DNA of 64,000 nt from Lama guanicoe. Lineage: Eukaryota. The stretch is taken from the NCBI GenBank assembly GCA_013239625.1, contig MU054391.1, positions 3,625,130 through 3,689,129 of the forward strand. Direction: 5' to 3'. The translations under genes and the position numbers were made by a program. Below are positions 24,001-36,300 of the stretch, in pieces; within the stretch, counting starts at the first letter, position 1; every line of letters begins with the position of its first letter. Below the pieces are notes generated by a model. It did no database searches, was not told the DNA's origin, and saw nothing but the letters and a program-made list of their open reading frames with translations.

Positions 24001-25419
24001 GGACTTTCCCTCCCGCTCCACATCTCCCTCCTCCCTCCACATCAGCACAGCTCACAAGCCGACTCCTCAACAACCTCAGGCCTTTCCCCACCTCAAGTGC
24101 CACGTCCCCTGCAGTGTTGATGCGAGCCTTCACCACTCAGTAAGGGCGGAGCTGTACGGCTGCCTTTACGAGGTTCTTATCCTTCTTCATGTCGCTGACA
24201 AAGCTTTCTTTGAGTGTTGGGGGCCTGGATACCTTTAACCTGTAACTGATCAGTTGATTGCCGATTTTGCATAGTTTGGTGACTTTTAGGGAGAGATGCC
24301 TTCTGTTATAGCAGAACTGACTGCGTAACTAACTTAATTCCCTTCTTTCTTGTCTCTTCCATCAACTTGCAGCCAAAAAGCATCCCTAACATATTCAGGC
24401 ACCCAAATGGGATAGAAGGGTCTAGAAGAGCTTATCAGAGAAAGTGGGCCAAGCTAAAGGCAGAAGGATGGGTGGGAAGAGGGCTCAGGACCAAGGAAAC
24501 AGAAGCCTCACTGATGTTCCTTCAGGTGCCCTTTGTGCATCATTTCAGCCGATCCGCACAACAGTCCTGTGAGCTAGACGTGCGGACCCTCATTTTAGAT
24601 GCAGCAAGAGGAGCCCTGAGTCACCAAAGGCTTACTGATGGGGGTGCATCTTTCGCAGCTGTCAGACACCAGTACCCTCCATCCTTGCATCATGCTTGGC
24701 TGGCACAGTTGCCCACGGAGTGTCCTGGCTCTAATTCTGACCTGCCAGGTGTATTAATAGGAATCTTGTGTCCTGGCTCCTCAGAGAAAGGTACACAGAA
24801 GGACCAGTGAGCTGTCCCCTCGCCCACAGAGGGAAACACCCACCAGCAAAGCTGAAGGCTTGACAAGATGAAGACGTAGGGGCCATCTGGCCTACCCACC
24901 CTGAGCGCCTCCCTGCGGTGGCCAATGGTGGCTGTAAGGAACACATTTCCACTGAAGGTTCATGAAAGGGGCAGCTCCCGGTGGAATTATTTAGTGTTTC
25001 ACAGACGACGGCTCCTGGTACCAGCTCTTCCTGGTGTGACTGCCTGCCAGTCACTATCAAGGGTGGCTTCCACCAGAAGCGGCTCCCGGAGGTCGCTCCA
25101 AGGGAGGCCACAACACCTGGAAACAGCTGCTTCCAAGACCTGGCCCCGACGAGGACTCTCACAGCGCCTGGCGCTTCCTCTGGGTTGAAACAGATGTCGG
25201 TCCTTGGCTGCCGGCCAGACTGGCGCCGTCTTCCCACATGGTGGCAGGCACTGGCCATGCACATTTGAGGAAGTCATTTTGGCTTTCTTAGTTTCAGTTT
25301 CTTCTTACAGACAATGCAGTGCCTCTCAACGTCATTGTAACAGTTCACTGGGGTAAGATATATAAGGCGTGGGGTCATAAAAGGCAGTTAATCCATAACA
25401 GCCCCCTTCTCCTCCTTTC

Positions 25420-26325
25420 ATGTTTGTGTGTGCGTGGTGTGTGTGCATGTATGATGTGTGGTGGATGGGTATGAGTGTGTGTGTTTATGGTGTGTGAATA
25501 GTGTGTGTGTATGGTGTGTGTATATGTATGGTATACATGGTATGTGTTTGTGGTATGTATATATATAGTATGTGTGTGTATATGGGTGTATGGTATGTGA
25601 GTGTGCTGTGTATATGGTGTGTGTGTATATGTATGATGTGCATGGTATGTGTTTATGGTGTGTGTATAGTGTGTGTGTATGGTGTGTGTGTGTGGTGTGT
25701 GTGTATATGTATGGTGTGCATGATATGTGTTTATGGTGTGTGTATAGTGTGTGTGTATGGTGTGTGTGTGTGGTGTGTGTGTGTATGTATGGTGTGCATG
25801 GTATGTGTTTATGGTGTGTGTATGGTGTGTGTGTATGATGTGTGTATATGTATGGTATACATGGTATGTGTTTATGGTATGTATATATATAGTATGTGTG
25901 TGTATATGGGTGTATGGTATGTGAGTGTGCTGTGTGTATGGTGTGTGTGTATGATGTGTGTATATGTATGGTATACATGGTATGTGTTTATGGTATGTAT
26001 ATATATAGTATGTGTGTGTATATGGGTGTATGGTATGTGAGTGTGCTGTGTGTATGGTGTGTGTGTGTATGGGTGTATGGTGTGTGTGTGTGGTGTGTGT
26101 ATATGTATGGTGTGCATGGTATGTGTTTATGGTGTACGCATAGTGTGTGTGTATGATGTGAGTGTGTGTATGGATATATGTGTGTGTGTGGTGTGTGTGT
26201 GGTGCATGGTGTGTACATGTATGGTGTGTATGGTGGGGGGTGTGAATGGTGTGTGTCTGTGGTGTGTGCACGGGGTGTGTGAGTATAGTCTGTGTGTGGT
26301 GTGCGTGTGCACGTGTGCCTGTGCA
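25420..26325. repeat. TG/TA-rich low-complexity tandem array with 78-bp and 116-bp higher-order units
   Basis: tatagt blocks at 25665 and 25743 (78 bp apart); gtgtgctgtg blocks at 25601, 25925 and 26041 (last two 116 bp apart). Confidence 0.95.
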
Positions 26326-26429
26326 CTCTCCCCTCTAGAGCACAGTTCATAAGAAGGTTCCGGGCGCATCACTTTGCTGTGACTCAGCTCACACAGTAAG
26401 AGCCCCTTTTTAGAACTGAGAATCATGTG

Positions 26430-26590
26430 CTGTTAGAGAAGGATCATTTGAAGGAAAAATAACAGAAACCCAAAGAGGTTAAGTCACTTGCCCAAACCAA
26501 GCCATTATTTTAGGCAATATGATGTGATGAAAAGAGCAGAATCTGGAATTCAGTCAGCCTGAGTTTGGATTCCGGCTCCATTACCTCCAG
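26430..26590 (-). mobile_element. MIR SINE remnant
   Basis: agaggttaagtcacttgcccaa, MIR core motif. Confidence 0.65.
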
Positions 26591-29349
26591 GCTGGGTGAC
26601 ATCAGGCAGGGGCCCACGGGGGCCTCAGTGTCCTCACGGTTCACAGGAGGGGCTGACCGAAAGGCCTGGTGAGCAGCCGCGTGGGCCCACGTTGTCTGGC
26701 AGTGGACTGACCAGACCGGGTGCATGGGTGGGAGTGGCTGCTCTGATGGGGCAGGGGGGCAAGGGGAGGGGGGCAGGTTCTAGACAGACCTGAGCCCCAT
26801 CTCATCAAAGGTCAGATTGTCCCAGATCCTGAGCTCGTGGGATGCCATCCAATTCCACCACGACCACTGGACACGCCGCATGCAGTGAAGGCCGCGCCCC
26901 AGGAGGGAGCCCAGGGCCTGTCTGCTTTGCCTCTCCCTTGCTCCCGCCTTTGCGTGGTTCTGACATGCACCAAGCGCTTAGCTTCCGACGTGCTTTCTTC
27001 TCTTTGCTTGTTCCTTGGTGGATCACAGACGTGGATGTGCTGATCTGATAGGTCAGAAGGTACGTGCTGGCGCGTCCGGGAACCTCTACACCCACGGGGC
27101 ACACACCCCATCAGCCAACAGGCACCTGCACGTCCCACTCAGAAACCACCTGAAATTAGTTTCCTCGGCCAGTGGTCCAGCCGGGTCTCCCTCCTGCAGG
27201 GAACTGCGGGCAGAGAGGAACAGTCACCTCGTTAGTCCACTCCTTCTTTCATCACAATTTCTAGTAGAAGTACAGCTTCCCATGAACTTAATTTGGCCCA
27301 CCTTGTGAGGACATAATTCACATCTTCCACTTAAAAAATAAGACAAGACGATTTATGGTATCTTTTTCTGCATATCCGAAGGAATCCCCATAGGGTCAAG
27401 CATTTTACAAATATCATTCAGGAGCTGGCAGCTTTTTAGAATGAAAATCGCATTGTATATCATCTTAATGAGAAGTGCCGTCCTTCAGAGGCACCGGGCT
27501 TCTTATAGAGCACTTAGCTTCTCCTCGTTTCCTGACCAAGGTGATCTCTGTTGCTAGCCAGCTTCATGCAATCTGCTGGGCACAAAGGAGCACTGGACAG
27601 AGACTCAGAGGCCCCGGCCAGGACCTACTGCATGACCTTGAGCAAGACCCTGGGTCCCAACATCCATCCCTGTTGTCACATGGCCATTAAGAGACACAGC
27701 CAGGAAGGGCTCCCCTGAGCCTGCCTCAAACACCAGGCTCTTAACCCACATCGTGCTGCCCTCAAACCCACCTGGAGCTTCAAGGGATTTTTGATCCCAG
27801 GTTAAGAAATGTTGCTGTAGATTATGTGACCAAGAGCGCTATTCCTGGATGTCACTGGGTTTTGAGAATTACATGAAGTCATGCATTGAAAAATAGGTTG
27901 CCATTTATAAAATATAAATTATCACTGTTCTCAGTCACTGCTTTTTCTGACTGCCTGGCTCTCACGTGGCTCCTTGCACCAAGTGCTCCCAAGGCAGGGC
28001 TGCACACTCATTCACCACCCTCATCCTTGGCCTTGAACCACTTTCCCTGGCCGGTCAAGGCATCTCGAGTCATCCTGGTTCCAAATCTCTGCCCCGTCCT
28101 TGCTCTGGGTTCTTGCAGCTCCGTTCCTGACTCCCATCAGGCTCCATGTAAGCTCTGGTTGGTCTCCTGGCTCCTTCTGACAATGATTTTCATCCCACTG
28201 CCCAGCAGCATTGGCCTTGCCACCTCGGACCAACCTGCCCTCAGGACACTCACAGTGGGCTCGCTTTGAGGTACCCTTAGCCCACGGGGCCACCCACAGA
28301 TCCACTGCAGCGGAGCACGGACTCTCGCATGAAACAGTCACTTAGGATTTGCTGAATACTCTTGTGGCAGAAAAAGAAGGCTCTTAATAATTGGAGCAAG
28401 ATGTTCTGCAGAGGTATGAATGCCTCACTCATGATATCTTATCCTTAATAGAAATCTTGGCAAATGACACATATTAAAAATAACCCCGTGTTATTATTAC
28501 TGGGGGATGTCAATCTCTGCTGAATGCACTCCACCCCGGCAAGGTCCCTGGAGCGGTGCTCTTCGCAGGCAGGATGGGAGGAAACAGGGGCAGGGCTGTG
28601 TCAGGAGCGGAGCGTGCTGATGCCGCGTGGGGACTGGTAGACCCCACTGTCACCACCGTTCCTCCACCGGCTGCGCTCTCTCGAGGGACCCTGCTGAGGA
28701 CAGCTTCCTGCAAGGCAGTCAGCTCACACCGCCTCGTGGGCGAACCAGTCTAACCGTCCTAACTGGAGCCTGGAATTCCGTGCTGAATTTCTCATGACAT
28801 TAGCAAAGCACTCACGCATCTCTCCGTGGAATTACAACCCTATTATGTACAATTGAGTATACATTACTCCTTATTTTCATGTCATTAGCTCGGAGAAAGC
28901 TATTTCTAAAGCACTGAAGTATGTAAGAGCTACTTAGGGGCAGAAAAAGCTGAACCAGGGAAGAAAGATGCAAAACACGGCAGAGGAAGCTGCATTTCTA
29001 GCGGCATCTTCGCATGAGGACCAGGGCAATTAAACAACCATAATGTGTGACAAATCATATTTTTTTCCATTTTAACTGTTGTATAGTTAACTCTGGATCT
29101 GAATTCACCTGTGCAGAATACGCATTACACTGAGAAATGCTGTAAATTTGACCCTGCCTCCTCTGACTTGTGTCTACACAGATTTCCTTGCAAGAAAGAT
29201 ACAAGCCTTGGGGCCAGATTGGGGAGAAGGTAGAGTTTTCCCCAATACCTACAGCATTTTGTTTAATGACAACAGCTGCCCGTTACTGAACTGTGTTAGC
29301 ATACCTGCTAAATGGACTACAAAGCAGGGTGAGCAGCTAGGCTGTTATC

Positions 29350-29530
29350 ATGAAAGTTCAAATCCTGGCTCGGCTATGGGATCACCTAGCCTTCCCTCTT
29401 GCCTCACTTTTCTCATCTGTAATATGGGGCTAAAACAGTGCCTACTGTATGGGTTTTCTCAGGGATTAAGAGAGGAATGAGCTCAGCACAGGGTGTGTGG
29501 TAGACCCTTGATGAATGCTCGTTATTTTTT
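29350..29530 (+). mobile_element. MIR SINE
   Basis: ttcaaatcctggctc...gcctcacttttctcatctgtaatatgggg...gggattaa. Confidence 0.75.
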
Positions 29531-31071
29531 ATTACTGACTCGTGAAAGTAGGCAACTCATAGCCATTTTGAGCTCAATAGTCTCATCCAAAAAGTAGGAA
29601 TAATAATAATCCTTACATCACAGCATTACTCTGAGGGCAGAAAATGATCATGGCGGCCAGTGGTCTTGTTAAGCGCTGTGGGTTAGAAGGTCAAGGAGTT
29701 TTGGAGGATGGAAGAGTCTAGTGTCATAGTGAAGAATGAGAAGGGTAAGGGGGCGCATCCTACAGGAGAGCAGAGCATCTGGGAGGACCCTCGGATGCAT
29801 CCGCTGTGATACCATCGCCTCAGGGCAGAAGGGAGGGAGGGTCCAGCTGCCAACAGGGTGAGACATACAGGAATGGCATCAGGGCAGCTTGGCTGGAGGA
29901 AGGAGATGCGGCTGGTTACGCAGGACCTGACCCCACTGAGCCTCGGGAGGCAGCCTAGGTGGACCCCTGTGCCTGAGGAGAGGAGAAAGGTTACGCGCTC
30001 AGGTTCAAGTTGATGGGAAGGAAGGCAGCTGGAGGAAGTGAAGTGAGTCGGTCAGCTGCACTTGAGGTTCTGCCAGGAAAGAACGGGAGACATGAGGATG
30101 CCTGCCCTGGTGATGGTCACAGCTCCTTTCCTGCTGTGTCACCCCAGTGCTTCTCCCCTGGTGACCCGGGTGACACCTTCAGCAGTGCCCCCCCTTGCCC
30201 ACGAAGTCACCGATCCACAGGTTACCCGCAGACCTGTGCGCTCCTGGTGGGCAAACCGCTCAAACTGGAGAACGAGTCCCGTTGCTGCTGAGGGAATCCT
30301 CCAGCCCCAGTGGAGACCAGGCTGAGCGGGTGGGGAGGACCTGGCCGGCAGCCCCTGGGGGGTCTGCGTGTGTGGTCCAGCGACGCTTAGTGAGGTCAGG
30401 GGAGCGGGCAGGGTCATGGGTGGGAGGAGGGGCTGCTATGGTTTCCAGGGTGGAATGAAGTCTTGTGCTTCTGTATTTCAGTGATTGAAAGGCCAAACTA
30501 AAGGACAGTAAATAAAATTACCATAGGCTTCCATCACGAGTCAGATCTTCAGGTCATCCAGCCACCAAACTAAAAACTCAACTGGTGACATCTCAGCCAA
30601 CCCAGGGCACAGTTCCCCTTCTGGCGTCACAGTCCTTCCTGCACAGGTGAGGTCTGCAGGTGTGGGCGGTAGGACTGCTCACTGCCCTGCTCAGAAGGCA
30701 GCGGGCTGTAAATGAGGGACTGCGTCCACAGAAATACCTGGTCGAGAGAAACCATCTGTTCCCCTCACCTTCCTGCTGGCAGACTGACCACCTTGAGAGG
30801 ATAGAAGGAAAAAAAGAAGGAGGAATGACGGGAAGAGAGATCATGTTATCTTGATGCAAGTTTCCACCAAAATTACCTGGAATTCACCCCGGCTGTTGAA
30901 GGAAAGCGTCTGCTTCCGACTGTCCTGTCAAGACTCCCCTGAGGTCTGTCGGCCTGATTTCAGGAGATGAAGACAAGGATGTAGCCAGCAGGGGTCCCAG
31001 CGGCTGTCAGCCAGCCCCGCTTTTACACCCTGTGATTAACTCAGCGAACCCTTCAGAGGGTCTCTGTTTCT

Positions 31072-31206
31072 TTTGGGGGGGGTTGTTTTATTTTTTTAAC
31101 ATTTTTTATTGATTTATAACCATTTTACAATGTTGTGTCAAATTCCAGTGTTCAGCACAATTTTTCAGTCATTCATGGACATATACACACTCATTATCAC
31201 ATTTTT
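31072..31206 (-). mobile_element. Young LINE-1 extreme 3' fragment with 11-bp TSD
   Basis: Reverse complement of 55668-55790 with about four differences; TSD tctctgtttct at 31061-31071 and 31207-31217. Confidence 0.93.
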
Positions 31207-32059
31207 TCTCTGTTTCTACATTACATGAGATGAGGCTCCTTCTGGCCGCCTCTGTCGCTGTCTGACTTGAGGAACGGTGAAGAGAGGGGTCACGTCCACC
31301 CGGGAAAGCCATTCAACCAGGGTCTCCAGCAGGCATGAGGGGAACAAGGTTTATCAACAGGGTCCCCGCTGGCCTCAAGCCCTGCAGAGATTACTGCAAG
31401 GACAGATTTGAGACTGGCTCCCTGGAGCATCATACTTTTAAAGAATGGATCCTGCTTCATTTTCCACCTGGCAAGAGGGTTATGCTCAGTAACAGACCAA
31501 AGTTTTGTAGGAATTGTTAAGGGTGCAGGTCAGAAACGCTAGACAATTGCTTCAACTCTTCAGTAGAGATGCAACTTGTGACCAGACCAAGAAGGTTTGA
31601 GACAAAAATCTAAGAAAGAAATAGGGATTACGCAGCATAGCACATAAAGATGGCCCCGTCCCCTAGTTCAAATGCTGAGTCCACCACTGGTAGCTGGCGC
31701 CTTAAACAAGTGGCTTAATGCAGCTGTGGAGCAGAGCAGGCGCTGCATTAGTGGCTTGTAGGTCCTCCCTGGTGGGATTACTGAGGGGCTGTGGGGCACA
31801 CAGTGAGTGTGCGCGGTAAGGACTCAATATATCTCATCTATTATTAAAACCCAGTTGCTTGTGAGGCAAGTAAGAGAGTTTCGTAGACTGTGAAAGGGCT
31901 TTGATTTGTGATGAACGAGGCGCAGCACTCAAGTGTGGTCTCCCCCGCCTCCGGATCTGCAGCTCTGGACAAACTGACTTTCTGGGTCTTGGTCTCCTGC
32001 TTGGTAACGAGCTGAGAATGGCACCAGCCTCTCAGGATCCCCCGTAGCGGTTAAGCAGC

Positions 32060-32960
32060 CTGGTCAAGGCTCACGCGCGCGCCCATCACTAGTGCCTGTC
32101 TCTTCTCCTCCCTCCGAGAGTGAACTTGGAGGGGCTTCCGCAGGGGTAAGGGCCTCGGGGGACAAGGGAGTCAGCGCCCGCAGGGGCCGTCTGCACAGCG
32201 CCCGGAACACCCAGCGAAAGCCCGGCCACCACGGGCCGTGCTCCGCAGCACGACGCCCCACCGCCTGCCCGAGCCCGCACAGGAGCCCCGCGCGGGGCCT
32301 GGGCGCTTGTTTCCGAAGCCCTCCTGTCTGATTCTGACGCCGCAAAGCGCCCGGCAGCAGAGCCGCCAGCTCTCGGCAGCCGGGCCCGCCGAAGGCCGCC
32401 ACTGGCACATCCCCGTGCGCCGTGCCTGATGAGGAGGAAACACCCGGCTGAGCCGAAAGGCCTTTCTGCAGCCACCGGCACCTTGGCGGGGCGTCTCTGC
32501 GGGGCTCGAGCACGGGGCTGCCCTCCGCGCTTGCAGGCGAGCGCCGCCCGGGCCGGTCCACGTCCCTGCGCCCGGGAGGGAGCACAGCTCGGCCCGGGAG
32601 GGAGCACGGCTTGGCCCCGGAGGGAGCACGCCTCGGCCCGGGCAGGTCCCGGCGATGCGAGTCCGGGCCGCCCCCCCCCCGCCCCCACCTCCTTGCTTCC
32701 ACGTGCGTCCTGGCTGACTTCCTAGGCGCGCCGGGAAAGCCCGGGGCACGCAGGCTGTCTGGGTGCCTCAGCGCTCTCTTCCGCCGACACTGATTCTGCA
32801 GCTGGAGCCCGTAGCGCCCCGTGGGAGATTCCGGGTGGCCCCGCTAGGATCAGAACCCACCCGAGCCCCACAAACGGGTCCCCTGGGGGTGCCGAGGCAG
32901 AGCCGCCCTCTACCTGGGGAAGGTGAGGACGGCATCTCAGCAGAGGAAGCGTCTGCGAGG
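32060..32960. promoter_or_regulatory. CpG island with no recognisable gene, candidate promoter
   Basis: ~900 bp very GC- and CpG-rich; GC boxes at 32668-32686; E-box CACGTG at 32700-32705. Confidence 0.7.
32570..32642 (+). repeat. 22-bp GC-rich minisatellite, 3.3 copies
   Basis: gcccgggagggagcacagctcg / gcccgggagggagcacggcttg / gccccggagggagcacgcctcg / gcccggg. Confidence 0.92.
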
Positions 32961-33198
32961 CAGAGGCAGCAGCTTGTTTAAAGGGCATGAAGCATGCCTC
33001 CCATGAAGAGATTAACCTTCCGTGGGAACAGAGAATTTTGCCAAGGCGGTAGCCCCAGGTGCCAGAGGAAGGGGAGTGGAGATGAGAAATAAAAGCAGGC
33101 GTGAGCGAGGCGCTCGGGGTGTGTGGGGGGGAGTCGGGGGGAGAGGGGCGGGTGTCCGTCCTAAAAGGTACCAAGAAGCTTGGACTTCCTTCCCGATG

Positions 33199-33369
33199 CA
33201 GTGGTGCTTAAGGGGTCCTCCTTACCTTTGAGAGACTGGTGAAAACACCCCAGTCTTTCCCCCAGAGAAAAAAACAGCACACCGACAATCCTGCAAACTT
33301 TTATATGTAATTTAATGGTTTGCAGTCCCCCTGAGGCCCGGCCATGGACCCCTGGTTTATAAAAATATG
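33199..33369. mobile_element. Non-autonomous hAT element (Charlie4z-like)
   Basis: cagtggtgcttaa...tttgagagactggtgaaa...ccccctgaggcccggccatggacccctggtt; degenerate terminal inverted repeats. Confidence 0.65.
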
Positions 33370-36300
33370 CAGTAAGTAACATGAGACCAAAAAGAATTGC
33401 CAGCAGGAAATAAGCAAGTTATTTATTCATAACAGTGTGTACAAAAGCCTACTATTGATATACATCTATTAATAAATAGTATGCTATCTAGTATTATTAA
33501 TTCCCACATAAAGTAAGACTAAAGAGTGCTTCTAGTCCTAATCATTTGAAGAGAAGCTCAAAACACTTGATTTTTATTCAACCTTCTATGCACCATGATT
33601 ACAACTGTGCAAAAATCACAAACCCTGAAAATTATATGTTTTCTGTGAATACAGAGCAATGAAAAAGTTGTCATGTGACAGTGATGAGATTATGGAAGAC
33701 TTTACATTTTTATTTATGGTATGAATTTATTCATTATATATATATTTTTTCAATTTTGTTTTCTTCTTACTCGGAGTGGTTCTGCTTTCCTTGATAAAAA
33801 TTGTGGGGAAACAAAGTGAAATATACCTTCTCACACGTTGCCTTTTGTCCTTTTTGCTTCTGTTGAATGTGTCTGGAAGATGGTCATAGGATCTCAAAGT
33901 GACATTTGGGTTCCTCTTATCCAAACACAACAGCCCATTATGTACTCGTGCCGTGACCGTCCAGTGGTAGGTAAGTCACTTCAAGATAGAGCTCTCCATC
34001 GCTAAATGGAGCTTACAGGGAGCTGAAACGTGTACCCTCCACTGCACAAACATGAGATTCAGTTCTTCCCTTTGGAGCCACAGAGAGCATGGGTACTCCC
34101 TATATTTTTCGTCAAAGAATAACTTAACAGCTAGTTACAAACAGCTATCAGAACACCTCTACCTCGCCACCTCAGAGCCCCTGATCCAACATATGCCAAG
34201 GTTAAGTCAAACCCTTCCTCACTCTTCTCAGGCCGTCAGTTTCCACCTCATTGATTTTACTAGACTCTTTATCAAAATGGGTGTAGGGAGGCGGGCACCC
34301 CCTAGGCAAAGATGCCTGTCTTATTTACAGCTTGGAATTTCAAAGGGAGAACCTCCAAGCCCATTTGACAAACAGCATTGTGCGTTGATGTAAGTCAAAA
34401 AAGGCCAGTGGTTCTTTCACTCCATGAGCAATTTTATTGGCATAGTCTGAAATAGCTGGTCTGCTCTGCTTCTACAAAGCACATGACAAAGGCTGGAAGT
34501 CAGCACTTAAGAGGTCAGATTTGACATGAGCCATTCATAACCTCACTGGCTCTGCCGGGACAGTCAGCCCACAAGGGCAGGTCAGATACCAGACAGCCTC
34601 TGACTAGGACAGTGGGTGACCATGTGGAACACTGGGTCCAGCAGCCAGTAAAGGCAGACTCTGCAGCCCAGCTGCCTCAGGCTCCTTCCCAGTAAGGGTG
34701 AGGACCCTCCTGCAGGCTACCCAGGGGGGACCGTGTGACAGACCTCCTCTCCTCTCACTCCATGGCCAGTGCATGACCTCGGGGCCTGAGGCACAGCTCT
34801 GGCTGCTCTGAGTTCACCTTCTTCCTCTTCTAGGTGTCTCCTGGAGGAATCCCACTGCACACCCAACTGCCACTCGACACCACAGAATCCTGTATGGTGG
34901 AGGATGAGGAGGTGCAGGGGGTCAAGATGTCCAGTGACAGGCTGGGTCCCAGGACCAGGCTGGGTCAGCAGGAGCCAGAGGCCCCCAGGGTGAGCTCAGA
35001 CCTTAATGGAGGTGGGTCAGAGAGCATCAGATCCAAGAAGGCAAATGTGTCCTCTGGTATAAGAGAGAGTTGAGGGAGAGGATAAAGCACAGACCCAAAG
35101 TCAGGGAAATCTGGAGACAGAACTCCAGATGAGATCCCAGGTGACAAAGGCAGGAGGAGTCAACGATCTGGCTGTGACGAGGCTGAGCGATCTGAATCCT
35201 ATTCTTACTGGAATCAGGCCACTAGTCCCTAGAAGGGATGACGTGGACCAGGAGAGGGGTCGGGATGACTGGACACGTCCCGGCATGTGGGACAGGAGCT
35301 GGCTTCATAACTTGTCTCAGCTGGGTTAGAATTACGTGGCACCCTTTGCTGGCCGTGGGTGTTTTGGCAAACCATCCCAGAGAGACGCGAAATTACCAGT
35401 TCCACGTGAAGATGATCATATCTATACCATGGTTTTAGGAAGACCAGCTAACAGACACAAGCTCCTCCTACGGGATCTGGCACGTAGCAGGAAGCTTGCC
35501 TCTTTCCCGTGTCCTTGGCGTTGTCTGAGAGCTTCCCGCAGCCAAGCTTGGCCTGTTTTCCAAGTGTGGAGCCCACTTCCCTCCCGAGGGCAGGTTGCTC
35601 TGCTCCATCCATCCAGATTTCAGGATTTCTCAGGAGACCCCATAATTATAAATGGTCTGCCCCTTTGTCCCATAAGTAAACTTGTCCGCCCAGGTTTCCT
35701 AATGGTTTGTTCAGAAAACAACCTGTTCATATTCAAGGAGCCCAGAGGACTCTGCAGAGTGGAGGACCTCAGAGCTGCCCAGGTGCTGCTGCACGGACAG
35801 TGCAACGCCCCTGGGGACTGTTCGCACGCGCTGATGCAGAAACGCGGGGGAGAGAGGATGCTGGAGGGATCTGGCTGGATGGGAAAGGTGTCCACTCTGT
35901 TCCATTTTGTCAGGACAGAAGGAACAGCAACAAAAAAATCATTGCTCAGAAAAAAATAAATTGTGTCAGGCTGATATTTCTTTATCTTATTTTAAAATCC
36001 AGGACAATTTATCATTGAATTAATTTCTCATGCACCCTCTTTTGGACATTTAAAATTATTTAAATTTTTGCTTATTTTCTTGCTTTGGGTTAGTGCCTCT
36101 CCAAACAGGCTCTGTGTTCTGCCATGGGACACCCTCCCCAGCTTTTCCCTGGGCTGGAGAGGGAGGGGCTTTTCCCGCTAAATTTTCAACAGTGGGACAC
36201 AGTGGACACCTTTCCCATCCAGCCGAACCCCTCCCGCCCACCTCCTAGCTGAACTCTGACCCCGCCCTGTCTCCACCACTTTAAGGGCGTTGCTTCATCC

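Noticed and set aside
25375..26426. Long His/Thr-rich and Cys/Val-rich ORFs (up to 298 aa)
   Set aside because: Translations of the TG/CA array, which lacks stop codons by composition
32064..32749. Three overlapping ~200-aa ORFs on the minus strand
   Set aside because: All frames are open because of extreme GC content; no recognisable domain
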